This document shows, piece by piece, positions 1-13,559 of a stretch of DNA of 64,000 nucleotides. Every line of letters begins with the position of its first letter. Within the stretch, counting starts at the first letter, position 1. Source of the DNA: Vicugna vicugna (Eukaryota); contig MU058781.1 in assembly GCA_013265495.1 (NCBI GenBank), positions 3,721,050 through 3,785,049 of the forward strand, written 5' to 3'. A program made the translations under genes and the position numbers. The notes below the pieces were generated by a model. It was not told where the DNA came from. It saw nothing but the letters and a program-made list of their open reading frames with translations, and did not search any database.

Positions 1-711
1 TACTGATTTTTCATAATCAACAAAACTAGCAAGTTAACAGAATTTTAAGCTAAGACAAGTGAGATGCTTATTACAACCTTCTCAGTTCACCAGTGAGAAA
101 ACCGAGACCTCAAGAGCTTAAGGATTTATCCAAAAGCACGCAGCTTGTTCATGGTTCCCTACTCCAAGCATAGGACTCTTTCCATTAAAGCCCATTACAA
201 AATTATGACATACTTTAAAACAATAATATATAAAGCCAAACACTCTTATGTCAAGACAAATGGACTTTATAGAAAAGAACCTGCCACATATATAATAAAA
301 GATCAATATTCCAAATACAAAAAATATTCTCACAATACTGGAGGACAAAGATTACTAGTTCAAAATTTTTACACTGGCAATACATGGGCAATTTTAAGAA
401 GAAATACAAAATGACAATAAAAATATGAAGAGACACAAACCCAATTTTTAAAAAAGCAAATTAAAATAAGATTTTTTTGCACATAAGATTTAAAAGACTG
501 AGACATACCCAGTGTGGATGAAGACTGAGAAAATAAGCCTCCTCAGCCACTGTATACAGAAACGTGAGCCAATATAAAGCTGACAAAGCAATTTCACTTG
601 TAAGAATTTAATCTCACAGAAAAACAAACATGTGCAAAGATATATGTCCTGCAGCATTAGTTGTAACAGCAAATAAAAAACTAAAAAGGTCCAGTCATAG
701 GTGACATTATA

Positions 712-885
712 TACCACATGTCACTGAACCTCAGACTCCAGTAACTACAGGACTTAACCAACATCATGTCTAAGAAAAAAACACTAGTCATTAAACTCTG
801 ACAGGCCACAGATTCTAAATTGCATCCTATTTCATGAACATTAAAATATGAAAAATATGTATCTTAGAATTGTGGTAGTACATCA
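712..885. mobile_element. MER104/Kanga-like (Tc2) MITE remnant
   Basis: GATTCTAAATTGCATCC...TTAAAATATGAAAAATATGTATCTTAGAAT resembles the family terminus. Confidence 0.45.
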
Positions 886-1337
886 CACAGTAAGATATTA
901 TAAAGACAAGCAAAAAGAAGAGTAAAAGATTTGTATGCAGATATAATGGACGCACTGGCTAATGTAAGTTCAAACAGGCCAAGAAGGACAGACCCTCAAC
1001 ACAATCATTCTGTCTAAAGAACCTGGGATTATAAGGAATTTCTCTTGTTTACATTACTGTATGTATAAACATTTCTTTTATTATTTGAATATATAACACT
1101 ATCTATGAAGTTCCTGTAATCAGAAAGTGGTAAAGAACTAAAAATGACAAAGTTAGCTCAGGCTCAATGAAAATACCTGTAACTTTTATACCACTTACTC
1201 AACCTTAAAACTGAAGAATCTGAAGGGAAGAGATTATTAAGGACATAGCTTGTAACTGGCTAAACTATAATTTTTAAAAAATACAACAGACTTTTTTACC
1301 TTGCTAGATTATAGATATCTAAAGACAGAATAAAATA

Positions 1338-1622
1338 ACAATGCAATGGTTTTTAGTACAGTCACCGAGCTGTGCAGCCATCACCACTGTCTACTTTTAC
1401 ATTCTCATCACTCCAAGAAATAACCCCATACTCAGTAGCAGTCACTCCCTATGACCCACATCCCCTAACCCCTGACAACCACTAACCTACTTTTTGACTC
1501 TACTGATTTGCCTATTCTGGATACTTCAGATCAACAGAATAATGAAACGTGGTCTTTCGTGACTGGCTTCTTTCGTTTAGTATAATGTTCTCAAGGTTCA
1601 TCCATGCTACAGCATGTATCCA
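1338..1622 (-). mobile_element. L1MB-like 3' UTR fragment
   Basis: CAACCACTAACCTAC...GACTGGCTTCTTTC...TCAAGGTTCATCCATG, typical of a reverse L1M 3' end. Confidence 0.75.
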
Positions 1623-2989
1623 CACTGTGGATTTATGTAAAACAATGTCTTCTCAGAAACTGTTTCTAAATTAAAAAAAAAATCACTCTTGCCTATGTAG
1701 AATTAGACAAAAGTGAAAATAAAGTCTCTATCAAGAGAATAGAAAAATATGTAGGTCTCATTTCTATTATCCCATGGAAGATGAAGTTACTAAAAATACT
1801 ATTTAAAAGCCAGTATACACAGTAAAAGTCATATTCTCAATATCAGAGTTTTGTTCTTTTATATTTAAAAGATTTTTTCCTAATGAAAATGAAAGTAAAT
1901 GTATCTATAAAAAGCAGATTTCAAATGAGCCTAAGGGAACTGGAAAGTGGCCTCATTTTAAACGTGAATAGCTTCCAGAACAAAAGGAATTTCTCTAATT
2001 CCAAACTGAATTAGTTTATAGATGGATGTTTCTCAAACTGGTGAGGTGAGCTGGGGAAGAAAGATTACTCTGAAAAGCATCTAAGGTTTTTCAGAGATGT
2101 AAAACACCCTACGCCCCATGATACTGAACTGTGTTTTTATAACTCTGTTCTCCACCAGGACTGAGTGCTATGACTTGCTAGTGAGAGATCTCAGGTACAA
2201 AACATAAATACTTGTTTGGTTGTACCTTTAAGAGAAGACTAACTTTTTCCTTCCTTTTTAAGAAGAATGATATGTTGCATGTGCAAGTCCCAGAAGATCT
2301 CACAGTCATAAAAAGAAAGAGCTCTTAGAACCACTACATTAAAAGAAAGCTTACAACCACCACCATAAACCACCACTTTACCCACTGCGACAGAGCTGAA
2401 TATCATCCTTGGTTAATTACAGACGAGGCAAAAAACATAACTGGTGATTCTAAAGTGGGACAGAAAGCAATGCAAAGGCAACACAAAAGCAGTCACCACG
2501 TCTACAACTAGCTGAGCCCTTTCCAAATGTCCACCACCAACAATGAGGAACAAACCCTCCTAACTCCGGCAAGCTGGTTTTACTTGCTTAGTGCCACAAA
2601 AAGAGGGGGAAGGAAAAACACTCGAACCAGCTACTCTAACCAACTCCAAATGAAACGCAGGGTCTTAGCAAAACCTCTACAACAGTTCTGAGCCACACGA
2701 ACCCACCTACCAGCATCTGCACATACAGCCCCCCACCCCCACCACAGATGCTCTTCTCTGAAGCCCCCCTTCCCACTTACTCGCTGTCACTTCCCTTGTC
2801 CGCTCAAGGACATAGTCGCTGTTACTTTTCCTTTCTGTATACAACACTAACTGTTCTTCCTGCTGCTGAGTCCTTCTCATCAGCAAACACCCTGCTAAAT
2901 CTACAAAACGTCTCCTACAGCCACCACATCCCATTTCTTTACTTCCCACTGTGATCAGAATCCTCCAACATTGTCCATACTCTATATTC

Positions 2990-3640
2990 CTACTCTTTCT
3001 TAAAACCTTTCCAATCAGGACTTCTCCATCACTCTGCTAAAACTCTCTTGGCAAGGTCACCAGTGACTGCCACTCTGCAAAATCCACTAGTCGAATCTCA
3101 ATCCTGGTCTTATGTGATGTATTGTAGTGGCACTGGACACAGTTGATTTCTCCTTCCTTCTGGATATATTCTCTTCACTTGGCTTTGAAGACACCCAGTT
3201 CTCAGTCTTTCTCCTACCTCACCGACTGCTTGTTACTCCTCAATTTCACTCTGCTGGTTCCTTCTCCCCACTGCGGCACGCCCCAGGACTCAGCCCTTGC
3301 TCCATTCCTCAGCATACACATGCTCCCTTGTTGATCTCATCCAGTCTCATGACTTTAAATTTAAACATCGAAATGCCAATGGCTCCCAAATTTTCATCTT
3401 CAGAACAGATCAGTCTTTTTTAATTCCAGGCTTGTATAGCCTGGACTGCATGCCTGACAAGTCCATTTAACTTACCCAAAATTGAACCCTGATTCCCTCC
3501 TCAAAACCTCCTCCACCTAAAATACAGCCTTCTCCGTATCAGTAAATGGCATCTCCACTCTTTCTTCAGGCCAACAATCTTGAAGTCAAATCTTCTCTCT
3601 CACATTTTCACATGCAATCCATCAGAAAATTCTCTTGGCT
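2990..3640 (+). mobile_element. L2 LINE fragment (RT region)
   Basis: GCAAGGTCACCAGTGAC; residual peptide ALDTVDFSFLLDIFSSLG resembles the L2 RT motif AFDTVDH. Confidence 0.7.
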
Positions 3641-3964
3641 CTCAGATTTTTAAAACATCTTGTTTATTTATTTAGTATTTATCACTCATTTAACTCTTCA
3701 TCTGAAACTTGCTTTTGTATAAATATAGACAAAATCCTAAGATTATGTATTTTTTCTAAAAGATAAACATGTGTTCTCCATCACTGCTCATCAAATAATG
3801 CTTCTTGATGAGCAATTTTGATCTGTAGACTCCAAACTTTCTCTAGCTTAGCAAAGTTGTTTCGTTCTATTATAACTTTGATTTCTTCTGTTTTTTTCTA
3901 GCATTTGCTTCAGGGAGATTAATAATCTACAGATTATTATACAGTCTAAATATATACAGTCTAT

Positions 3965-4665
3965 ACTTGAGGCTGGAATCATCTACAGTCAGTGGCACCG
4001 CACGGCCGCCGGTGGGGCAGCTGTCATGATGCAGCAGCGGTCGCCGTCTGCACTGGTGGGAACCTGCTGAGGAACGAGTTCACCGAAACTCTGGGTCTTG
4101 ATTTTTCTCCCTCAAACGGCTGGATAAGTGCAACTCCTAAGACACTTTAGTCAACAAGCCACTATCGACCCACTGAGAAAGGAATGTCAGAGTCCTGGTT
4201 GGGTCGGGAAACCTTTAGTTTAATACCTTCTGGTCGTATGAAGAAAGTGAGGGTGTAAAAACTGGCACCATGTGATCAGGAGCTTGAAAGCAAATGTCAG
4301 AGACATAATGGAGAACTTTGAAGAAATGTTCTTGAAGGCAGAGAAGACAGTATCACGCAGACAACCAGGGACTTAAATCTACGCAAGTGCCATAAAAGGT
4401 TGGATTCTGAACGTGACGAAGTCTGGGAAGTACCTTAATTTATATTGCTTACTGCATCATTTTTAGGTGTGTAGGAAGTGATGCTGACTAAAAATACACA
4501 TTTAAATACCTGAAGAGATCATTCAGTGAATGTAAAATATACATTCTAAATGACAAGAGAGCACTGTCTCACAAGTTTATTAGTTTGCTGGTTTCCCCTC
4601 CCACCTTAGGGCAGATACGACGCATATTACAACTGACAAGCGTCTTATATTTGGTAACTAAGGCA
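3965..4665 (+). mobile_element. Kanga1-like (TcMar-Tc2) DNA transposon remnant
   Basis: Segments TTGGATTCTGAACGTGACGAAG...GTACCTTAA and terminal GCGTCTTATATTTGG resemble recalled Kanga1; lies between two L2 pieces. Confidence 0.6.
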
Positions 4666-5270
4666 TCTGGAATCAAACCACGCCTTACACTCCTAGTTAT
4701 GCCAAGTCACCATCATTTCTTGCCTGAATTTCTGCAACAGCCCCTCACAGGGCAGCATGCTTCCACCTCTACTCCCCCTACAGGTTATCAGAGCGAATGG
4801 CCCAGGCCTTACAATGGCCCCCAAGGTCTAGAGAATCTACTGGTCCTCCCCTCCATCATCTCTGACTCATCCCACTGCCTCCTCCCATGTCTCCGTACCC
4901 ACTTCACGCTATTCTTCAAACACGCCAGATGAGCTCCGGCTTTAGAACCATTCCCTAATCATTCTCTCCGCCTGGAACATTCTCGCTCTACATATCTATT
5001 AGTCAGCTCCCTCGCGTCCCCAGAAGTCTCTGCTCAAGTCTTACCTTGAGCAAAGGGAACAACTTGTACAACCCATGTTGTCTTCAGTATTCCCAAGCTC
5101 TGTTTTTTCTCCTTCTTTAAAAAGTACTTAAAACCTTTTAAAATATTTTTAACGATCAGTTTATTCTCTGACTTCCTCAGCCTGAATACTCCAAGAGGAC
5201 AGAGACCTCTGTATCCCAGGCCCAGAACCCGCCACACAGTGGCACTCAGCACACACTCAATTTGTAAAGG
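4666..5270 (+). mobile_element. L2 3' portion, probable continuation of 2990-3640
   Basis: Pyrimidine-rich L2 3' features ending in CACAGTGGCACTCAGCACACACTCAAT. Confidence 0.6.
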
Positions 5271-5614
5271 ACTAGAATTGTACAGACACTTGCTGAAAAG
5301 TCCAGCAATATCAAAGAAACATTTTGAATGAATCCAGTGATACTAAAAAGCATGTTTTAAATGATCATTTCCAACGTAGTTTTTAGCTGCAACTCAGTTC
5401 CCCTGGGCAATGGTGTCCAGCGCACTTTGGAGCCTGAGTTCTGAAGGACTACACCAATGGTGGCTCGAGAAAGGAGCTTCAGTCTGTGCATGGCACCACA
5501 TATAAACCGAGTAATTATCAGTAAGACTGTGTTTTAAACATGATTAGCACTAGTTTCTTTATACTTCTTTCAATTAAAAATGTAAAACTACTTTTATAAG
5601 AAATTATGTCTTAC

Positions 5615-5637
5615 CGGTAAGTCAGTGAAAGCAATAC
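5615..5637 (-). CDS. RANBP9: RANBP9 coding exon 5, 23-nt microexon (GIAFTDLP)
   Basis: ctaat branch-like motif, long pyrimidine tract, cag|GTATTGCTTTCACTGACTTACCG|gtaaga. Exons 1-5 total 762 nt = 254 codons. Confidence 0.95.
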
Positions 5638-7629
5638 CTGAAAAGGAAAAAGAAAAAAAAAAGTGGCATTAGAAGCTGTTTTTCAAGGGCAGAATATGCT
5701 GACAAGCTGAATTTCTAGCTAAAAAAGAAGGGAAAGAATAGCAAAAGAAGGAAAAACTAAAAACCTAAATATAAAATAACAAGACAAATTTTTTTCTCAG
5801 TAATGCTTAGCAGGTCTGAGTGAATGCTGGCCCCTTCCAAGCTCATCTTTCTTGTTAGTTACACACCAGTCTTATCTCTGGGGGCTGCTGCTGCCTCCAG
5901 GATTTCTGAAAAGGTTTCAGAATATATCTTCAGAGCTATGTTAAGAACCACATAAGAAAACTGGTTGCAAAACAGTCATTTAATTTCTGCCCTACACCTA
6001 AGCTGCTTCACCCAGCCTTATTATTTAATCTTCCTTACTTCGACTTAGCTTTTAAGTAATTTTGAGGGGAAAAGGTTTTCTGTTACCCAAAACAAGAAAA
6101 GAGACGTAAACAGAAAATACAGCACCTGTTTCTTTAAAAAAAAAAACAAAACTTATAAAAGTATACTTGCAAATAACTTTTGACTACTCTGAAAAAAGAA
6201 CTAATTCCTCTTTCAAAGGTCACAGATTTATATAGTCGAGAATTTCTCTGGAATGTCCTTTGATAGTAGTTTCCACAGTTGTGTACCAAATACATTTGAA
6301 TATCGGCAATAGACTGGAATAAATCTACTGACGTCCCCAAGTGATGGTGTAATAATCTCCCTTCAAATATTTAGATACATTACTTAGGCAAAAAATAAGA
6401 TAATAAACAAACTAAGTATCTCTGTAGGACCTCATTCATATATTTAAAAAGACTGAGCTCTAGAATAACGAGAAGGGTGGTGTTGGTGACTCAGTTAATC
6501 ACAATCCTTTCAGTCTGAACACACATTAAAACAAAACTAGGCCAGCACCACTACCACTATGGTGTTGAGCACCATCTAAAAAATGGGGGCCCTTCTGTCA
6601 AGTTATCGTTAAGGTCTCTTCCCACTTGGGATTCTGTGGCTCTGCAATCGTGCTGTAACCAGAAAAACACAACTATTGGACTCTACTTACTAAAGAAAGT
6701 AAGTCAGAAGGCAAACTGCCTATTAAATCCCTATTATATATGCTTTTAAACAAATGTGTAAAATGTATAAAAATAGTGCTTTGTAATTAAAAAGTACTGA
6801 TTTCATGACTTTTAAAAACTAGTAATTCATGTTGGCCTGTCGAAAGGAAAAGCAATGCTGGAGTTCTCCCCATCCTCCTTAAAACATTCTGATTACCTTG
6901 AGCTTCATTAATAAATGGAACGCAAAATGACTTGAGGGCCAAACAAATACGAAAAGTTATTCTAAAAAAATTCAGAAAACGAAAAAGGATACAGAAAACA
7001 AGAGAATAAGTAAAACACTATCATACACTGTATAAAATCATTTTTTATAAAACAGAAGCCTAATCAGTTATTTTGCTCAAAAATATCTATTGGTAACAAA
7101 CACGGTCTAAATTTATACTGTTTTAGCAAAATTTCCTTTTGTCAGTAATTACTGAAATCCTTACTTTACCAAAAACTCTAATGAAAAATTCAGCCTGGTT
7201 CCACAGACTCACACCTCTGAACACTGCCACCTACAGCAGCACAACCTACACACAGATTCAGACCACAAAGTTGCCATCTTAACAAGCTGTACAATTATTT
7301 ACATTTTACACAGAAGACAGTTTTCTTCCTAGTTTCCCAATCTGTCAAGAGGCTTTCTGAAAAGTGATCTTCAACTGATGAATGACAATCAACAAAACAA
7401 AGTCAAAATTTCAAATAGGTTAACTTGCGTGCTGAAATGTTTCTCCTTTAATTATTTTCTCAAAAACTTTCCATTTCTCTTTACACGGTAAGTAAATATA
7501 AATTTTGAAAATTTTCATGAAACAGAAATTAAAGGTATATCAGCTTTTGGGTAGAAATTATCCACTTCAGGAAATACAAGAGAAAAGCACCTGAATAATA
7601 CTGTATCTTCTAGATGCTAGAATCTGGAC

Positions 7630-7861
7630 CAGAGGTAAGCACACTGCTCCACACTGCTCCGGTAGAGGGCCAGAGAGTAATGCTTTCTGCTCTCCAGGCC
7701 GTGTGATCTCTGTTTCAACTACCCGATTCTGCTATCGTAGCAGGAAGTCAGCCATATACAGTGCATAAATAAATGGGTGTGGCTGTGTTGCAATGAAACT
7801 TTATTTAAAAAACCGACAGGAGACTGATTTAGCCCATGGGCTATAGCTTGCTGACCTCTGC
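7630..7861. mobile_element. MER58A-like hAT-Charlie element
   Basis: AGGGCCAGAGAGTAA...ATGGGTGTGGCTGTGTTGCAATGAAACTTTATTTA...TAGCTTGCTGACCTCTG. Confidence 0.75.
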
Positions 7862-7942
7862 TCTAGAGGAATAATTTTTGTTCACCAATGTTTTCTCACT
7901 GCATCCCCAGCACCTGGCCCAGTGTCTGGCAAATAACAGTAG

Positions 7943-8160
7943 ACAACATTTAGTGAGTACTCACTATGCGCTAGGCAATCACTTAAGAATTTCACATGCA
8001 TCATTTCAGTTTGCTCTAACAACCTTAATAAGGTCAGCATTTTAGTGATCCTACTTTATGATCTGAGGCACAGAAAAGAAACTTGCATAAGGTTATATGG
8101 CCACACCAGGATAAATCCCAGGCAACTGAAGAACCACACCGACCGCTGTTTTACTGCCTC
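7943..8160 (-). mobile_element. MIR remnant
   Basis: ACATTTAGTGAGTACTCACTATGCGCTAGGCA...TGAGGCACAGA...AACTTGCATAAGGT. Confidence 0.6.
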
Positions 8161-9860
8161 TTTACATGCTTAATACACGTTAATTAAATTTATGAATGAA
8201 TAATGACAAATGTTTCAAAGTTACTTAATATTAGCCTGTGATTCCATCATTAGGTACCCTTTTCTTAAATAACACCTTACATTTTTAAAATAGCTTTCTT
8301 ACTCAAGAGAAAATTTCAATGTAAATGCCTGGGAAAATCTAGTAAGAAAAAAATAATAGCACATCATCTATGATTTAATCTCCTAACACTTCTCCTCTGG
8401 AATAAAGTTTATAACTAAAAAGATAAATTTTGGTTTTAAAAATGTCTTCTTTTGCACCTTTGAACCAAAGGTCATTTCTCCTGGTTTAAGATTTTAAATT
8501 ATCTTAAGCAGCCAAGCCAACTAGGACCATCCCAGTTTGCTTTGATAAGTCAGGGCTGGAATAGTAACAAATAAACTAGAAGGGCTGTATCCTCCTGGGA
8601 ACCAGCTGGCCACAACAATCAAATCATAGATACACATAATCTGCATGCATTCTTTATCATTTTCTTGTTCCGAAGTGAACCTAAGAATCTCTGTGCACTT
8701 GCTACAACCTTTAAGTCAGATAGCACAGGACTTTAGAATCAGTATTAAAAATCAGAAGGAAAAATTTTAAACTGAATATAAATAACAACTTTATATAAGG
8801 AGTACGTTGAGATACTTTAAAAAAAGAATAACTATTACTAATGTAGCCAAAGAGTTAGGATTTTATACTATGAAATTCCAGAATAGTTTTTTGTGTTATA
8901 TTAAAGAACATTTATTATATGTCTAAGCATACTATTTTCAGCTTAATTTTTAAATATGATTTATATGCAACCTGAAATGTTTGCCTTCTGGGGTTACTTA
9001 GTTTTTGCCTTCTTTCACTTCACCTCATCAGAAATAATTTGCTATTCTGAATCAAGGATGTTTCAAACAGTAAAATAATGTGAAACCTTTTTATTTTTAA
9101 AGCATTAGTCTTGCTACCCTTTATACTTTCTGTAATACAAAAACGAAAAACAAAAAACTTCTAAGAAAAGGGAGCCTAACAACCACACATAATTTTAAAT
9201 CTGAAGTATCATGGGTATTATTCAAACAGAATGCCTTATTTCTTGTCAGTCTTACAACGAATAGATTTGCTCATGTTTTTATTAATCTATTTATTTGCCA
9301 CCTGTCTTTTACAAGTTTTGCTGTTACTTGCTTATTTGAATTCTGCTCCCTTTTGCAGAACTAACTTGTAGTCACCATCCCTTATCAATCTGTTATAGGC
9401 CTGATTCGTCCATATGTCAACACTCTTCATTTGGTTGGGAGCACCAAGCTTTTCCTAGTTTTGTTATTACCCCCACACTCTACTAAAAACTGACAGCCCT
9501 TTTTTCTTACCACCTGTTACCTAGAGCACTGGATCAGACTGTGAAGGACTTTATCCAAAGCAAAGTAGAAAACACTCAGCATTTCTATTACTAGAATAAA
9601 TATCTGAGCATGAAGATTATTTCTAGTTAGTCCTAAATATGTGATACAATGTGGCCTTCACTGTTAAAAAAAAAAAATAAGGGTTTTTAGTTGAATGTGG
9701 GCCCATCATACTTTAGATTTAAATATTGACCATTTCCTCAACTCCCACCTAGAAGGAACAAAGTACTCATTTCCAGGGGCATCTATTCATAAAGGAGAAT
9801 CACACAATAAGTACGATTACCATGCTGTAAGTACAATAATCACAACATCTGGTTATTTTA

Positions 9861-10097
<237 letters not shown>

Positions 10098-10403
10098 CTA
10101 TACTACAGTTAGTCACCAAGAGTATAACAAGATAAGCAAGAACAGTACTACAACAGATAGTACAAAGATAAAATTCCCAAAAGGACATGTAAATTTTCAA
10201 CAATTACACAACATTACTTCCATATTAAAATACTGCTTACAACGTTAACGAAAGTAAATTTGCCACACAGAATGCTAAAGCATGTCTTAAACAGAGAGGA
10301 CTACTACCAGGGAAAAAAAAAAGAAAAAAAAACATGGCAAGACATTTTTCCACACATACTTCCTTTGCTAACAGACCAAAGGAATTTTGCTTTGATTTGG
10401 TTT

Positions 10404-10405
<2 letters not shown>

Positions 10406-10443
<38 letters not shown>

Positions 10444-10448
10444 ACACA
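10406..10448. repeat. (CA)n microsatellite
   Basis: About 21 CA units with one TA interruption. Confidence 0.95.
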
Positions 10449-10980
10449 GAGTTAAATATAAAATAGGACATTTTTCTTTCAATTTTCAAAAACTTTTCCC
10501 CACGGTTAATTTTTAACATTAGTGAACAAAATACAGAAAATATAATCTAAGAATCACTTGCATATGATTAACAGTTCGGGGAAACAGTTCTGCCATTCAC
10601 ACTGTCCTTAGTTTACTTTTAGTATCAGTCTACATTCCCAGAATATTAAACAAGCAAAAATGGGTTAAAAGCCAGGAATATGTTGGGTAAGAAACAGAAC
10701 CAACCCACATTAAAATATTTGAAGTCTTTGGTATGACCATGTACTGGAAGCTGAAAATACCAAAAAACAAAACAAAAACAAGCAAAACAAAACAAAGCAT
10801 GGCATATATGTTATGTTTTGCTAAATAGCATGAAATTTATTAAAACCACTCAGCTGCCACTTTGAACTCATAAGTGATTAAAAATACAGAAGATTAATGT
10901 ACTTAACTATTTCAAATTACTACTCGAAATTTTTAGCCAGAGTTGGCCATAAGACTGTACTGCATTCAGTCACAATGTAC

Positions 10981-11033
10981 CTGGTAGTCTGTTCATGTTC
11001 ACTCCTTGAGCAGAAAGACCAATTCCCATGTAA
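10981..11033 (-). CDS. RANBP9: RANBP9 coding exon 3 (YMGIGLSAQGVNMNRLPG), 53 nt
   Basis: Long T tract then gaacag|TTACATGG; donor CCAG|GTACAT; frame continuous. Confidence 0.97.
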
Positions 11034-11299
11034 CTGTTCAAAAAAAAAAAAGAAAGCAAAGCAGGTTATTAGAGTCACATATGTATAAATTACCAAACAC
11101 TCTCAAAACATTTTCAGAACCAAGCCCAAATGAAACTCACAGGGTAGCTACAAAAACGTTATTAGGATTCATGAAATAGCAAAGAGGGCATTATTAAGCA
11201 ATAACAAAACCCAAGTTCACAGTAAACTCCTATAGCAATCATCCATAAATATACCCAAAGTCTTACTAACACTTCTGCACTCTAACAACTATAGAAATC

Positions 11300-12700
11300 T
11301 TTCCAACTTATCGTCATCTATAAATATTTAGGATTATATCTACCTATCTACATATGAATATTTAGAATTAATACTTCTAACAAAAAGTATAGAGGAACTT
11401 GTGGAAGAAAAAAGAAATGTTAAGAAACAAATGTGTTCCAAAAGGACACAGTAAAAATCTAGTCTCCACACACAAGAACATGGAGACCTATTGGAAAAAA
11501 ATGTCCAGTTCATATAAAAATATATGAAATACTTAACAGAATTACATGAAAAATGTGTGCCATGCAGAATCTGTATATTTGTTTTCCAAAAATGTTCTGA
11601 CAAATTGACAAAATGGACCTAAACATGGGACTCTTAATTATTAATTTATGAAACACTAGAATAAAATTATCTCTACAAAAGAAAAGGTCATTATTAAGGT
11701 ATGCAATTCATTTTTTAAAGTTTATAAAATATTAATAAAACTTGCTAAAGACAGTTCAAAGACAGGGAAGTATAAAGAAATATACTTATAAATAACAGTT
11801 GAAAAAAGAAAAACAATAAAAAAGCAAACTGATCCAATCTGTTAAAAGGTTAGTTGACTGTGACTGTATCAAGATTAAAATGGCATTTGACAAATTTCAG
11901 CTACCACTCCTAATAAAAACTCAAATAAGAATGAAAGGCACTATTTAAACATGGTATCTTTTTTTCCAAATCTAATATAGCAAGTAAGGTATTCAACAGT
12001 GTAACACTGAAGGCATTTCCACTAGAATCAACAACACGGAGATGCATACAACTGTTAAACACCACCATTTTGAAGGTTTTAGTTTTTAATAAGAAAGCTA
12101 AATAACCAGTATAAATTTTAGAAGATATAAAATTATCTTAATTTGTTGTTGCTATGATTATGTAGGTAGGAAACTATGGAACCTACTAAAAGCTTCTAGA
12201 ATTATGTATTTTGACAAAATGACTGAATGTAAGAAAAACACTTTTATTTCTCTTCTAGAGAATAAGCAGCTAGAGAAATGAAGTGGTATGTGTAGACAGA
12301 CCAAGCATACTAACTACAGAAACTTTTTAAGTGGGAATAAAGAGTTCAAGTAAGACTCAAAAACGGTATTCTAAAAGCAGCAAGTCAATGTGTCTTTTAG
12401 GTATCCTGATAACTGGACAGCATACAAATAGCAATCTTTCTAAAACTGATATATACATGTAATGAAGTTCAAGATAGACTCCAAATAAATTTTTTCAACT
12501 AGAAAAGGTGATCTTAAAGTTCATATGGAAAAATAGAGAATTTTGATTACGAGGAAATTTTTAAAGAGAAAAACAACTTAGTGTTTGTCCTACTACATAA
12601 TAAAACTCACACGCAATGGAATTTACAAGAGCAATACTACTAGTAAGAGTATGTGTCATATGACACAAGAACGACAAACATTAAGAAACAACATTTTGTG
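11300..12700 (+). mobile_element. Very old, degraded L1 ORF2 fragments
   Basis: A-rich; motifs GCATTTGACAAAT, AAGGCATTTCCACTAGAATCA, CTTAAAGTTCATATGGAA. Confidence 0.6.
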
Positions 12701-13559
12701 TGTCTAGTCAAGCGTCATTAAAAAAAGTTTTTAAGTCGGTATTCTCATTCCGCCTCTTTGGTCCAAGTATAATATAACAATGTAATCGTTTATCTGAAAA
12801 AAAAGTAGTAAGTCACAAGATAATCTTGAGAAGAAACACAAAGCTATGAGCAGGGATACAACTCTGGGCCTGTGAGCGCTCACTACTGGGTAGAGTTTCT
12901 CCTTCTGAGGAAACAAAGAACAAAATGGCTCCACAAGCAGATCAGGTGCCACACTCACTGCTTAAAGCCAACACCTGGAATAGGCTTCCCCTCCTGGAAG
13001 GAGGATAAGAAAACACCGACACCACCTGCTGCCTTGGCTAAAGCTTATATGACACTTTGGCCTAGCTGGGGAAGGGGAAAGTAGCAGCCTCTTGACTAGG
13101 GTCTGGATAACATTGTTGAATGGATCCATGACTGAATCTGCAATACTCCCAGTATTGCCTTGAAGACAGAACCTGGAAACTCTAATGCAGAACTGGTTTT
13201 AGATTGGGGGCCCAGAAGTTAGAAAGCAACTATAAACTGTAATAAAAAGACAGTAAGTACAGGGCTAGACAGAGAAACAAAATGAAGACAAATGTTAAAC
13301 TTTCCAACTAAAATGAGGCTGCAAAAACAAAACTCTAAAATATATACTAGATCTATTTGAGAAATACATATGAGGCCAACAAACATGAATTCATTCTAGA
13401 TTCCATCAATCAATGGATAGCATGACAAGAAAAAATTTTTAAATACATTTAGGATTATGTAAAAGAAAAAAGGATACACTATCCCTAAAGAAATAAAATG
13501 GAGCATAAATATTTACTGAGATGATTTAGCTAATTCCACAAGTGAAAAATATGTTGAGT

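Noticed and set aside
1..5600. RANBP9 exon 6 (PNLYPTVGLQTPGE...)
   Set aside because: No matching sequence found; it presumably lies beyond the left edge of the window.
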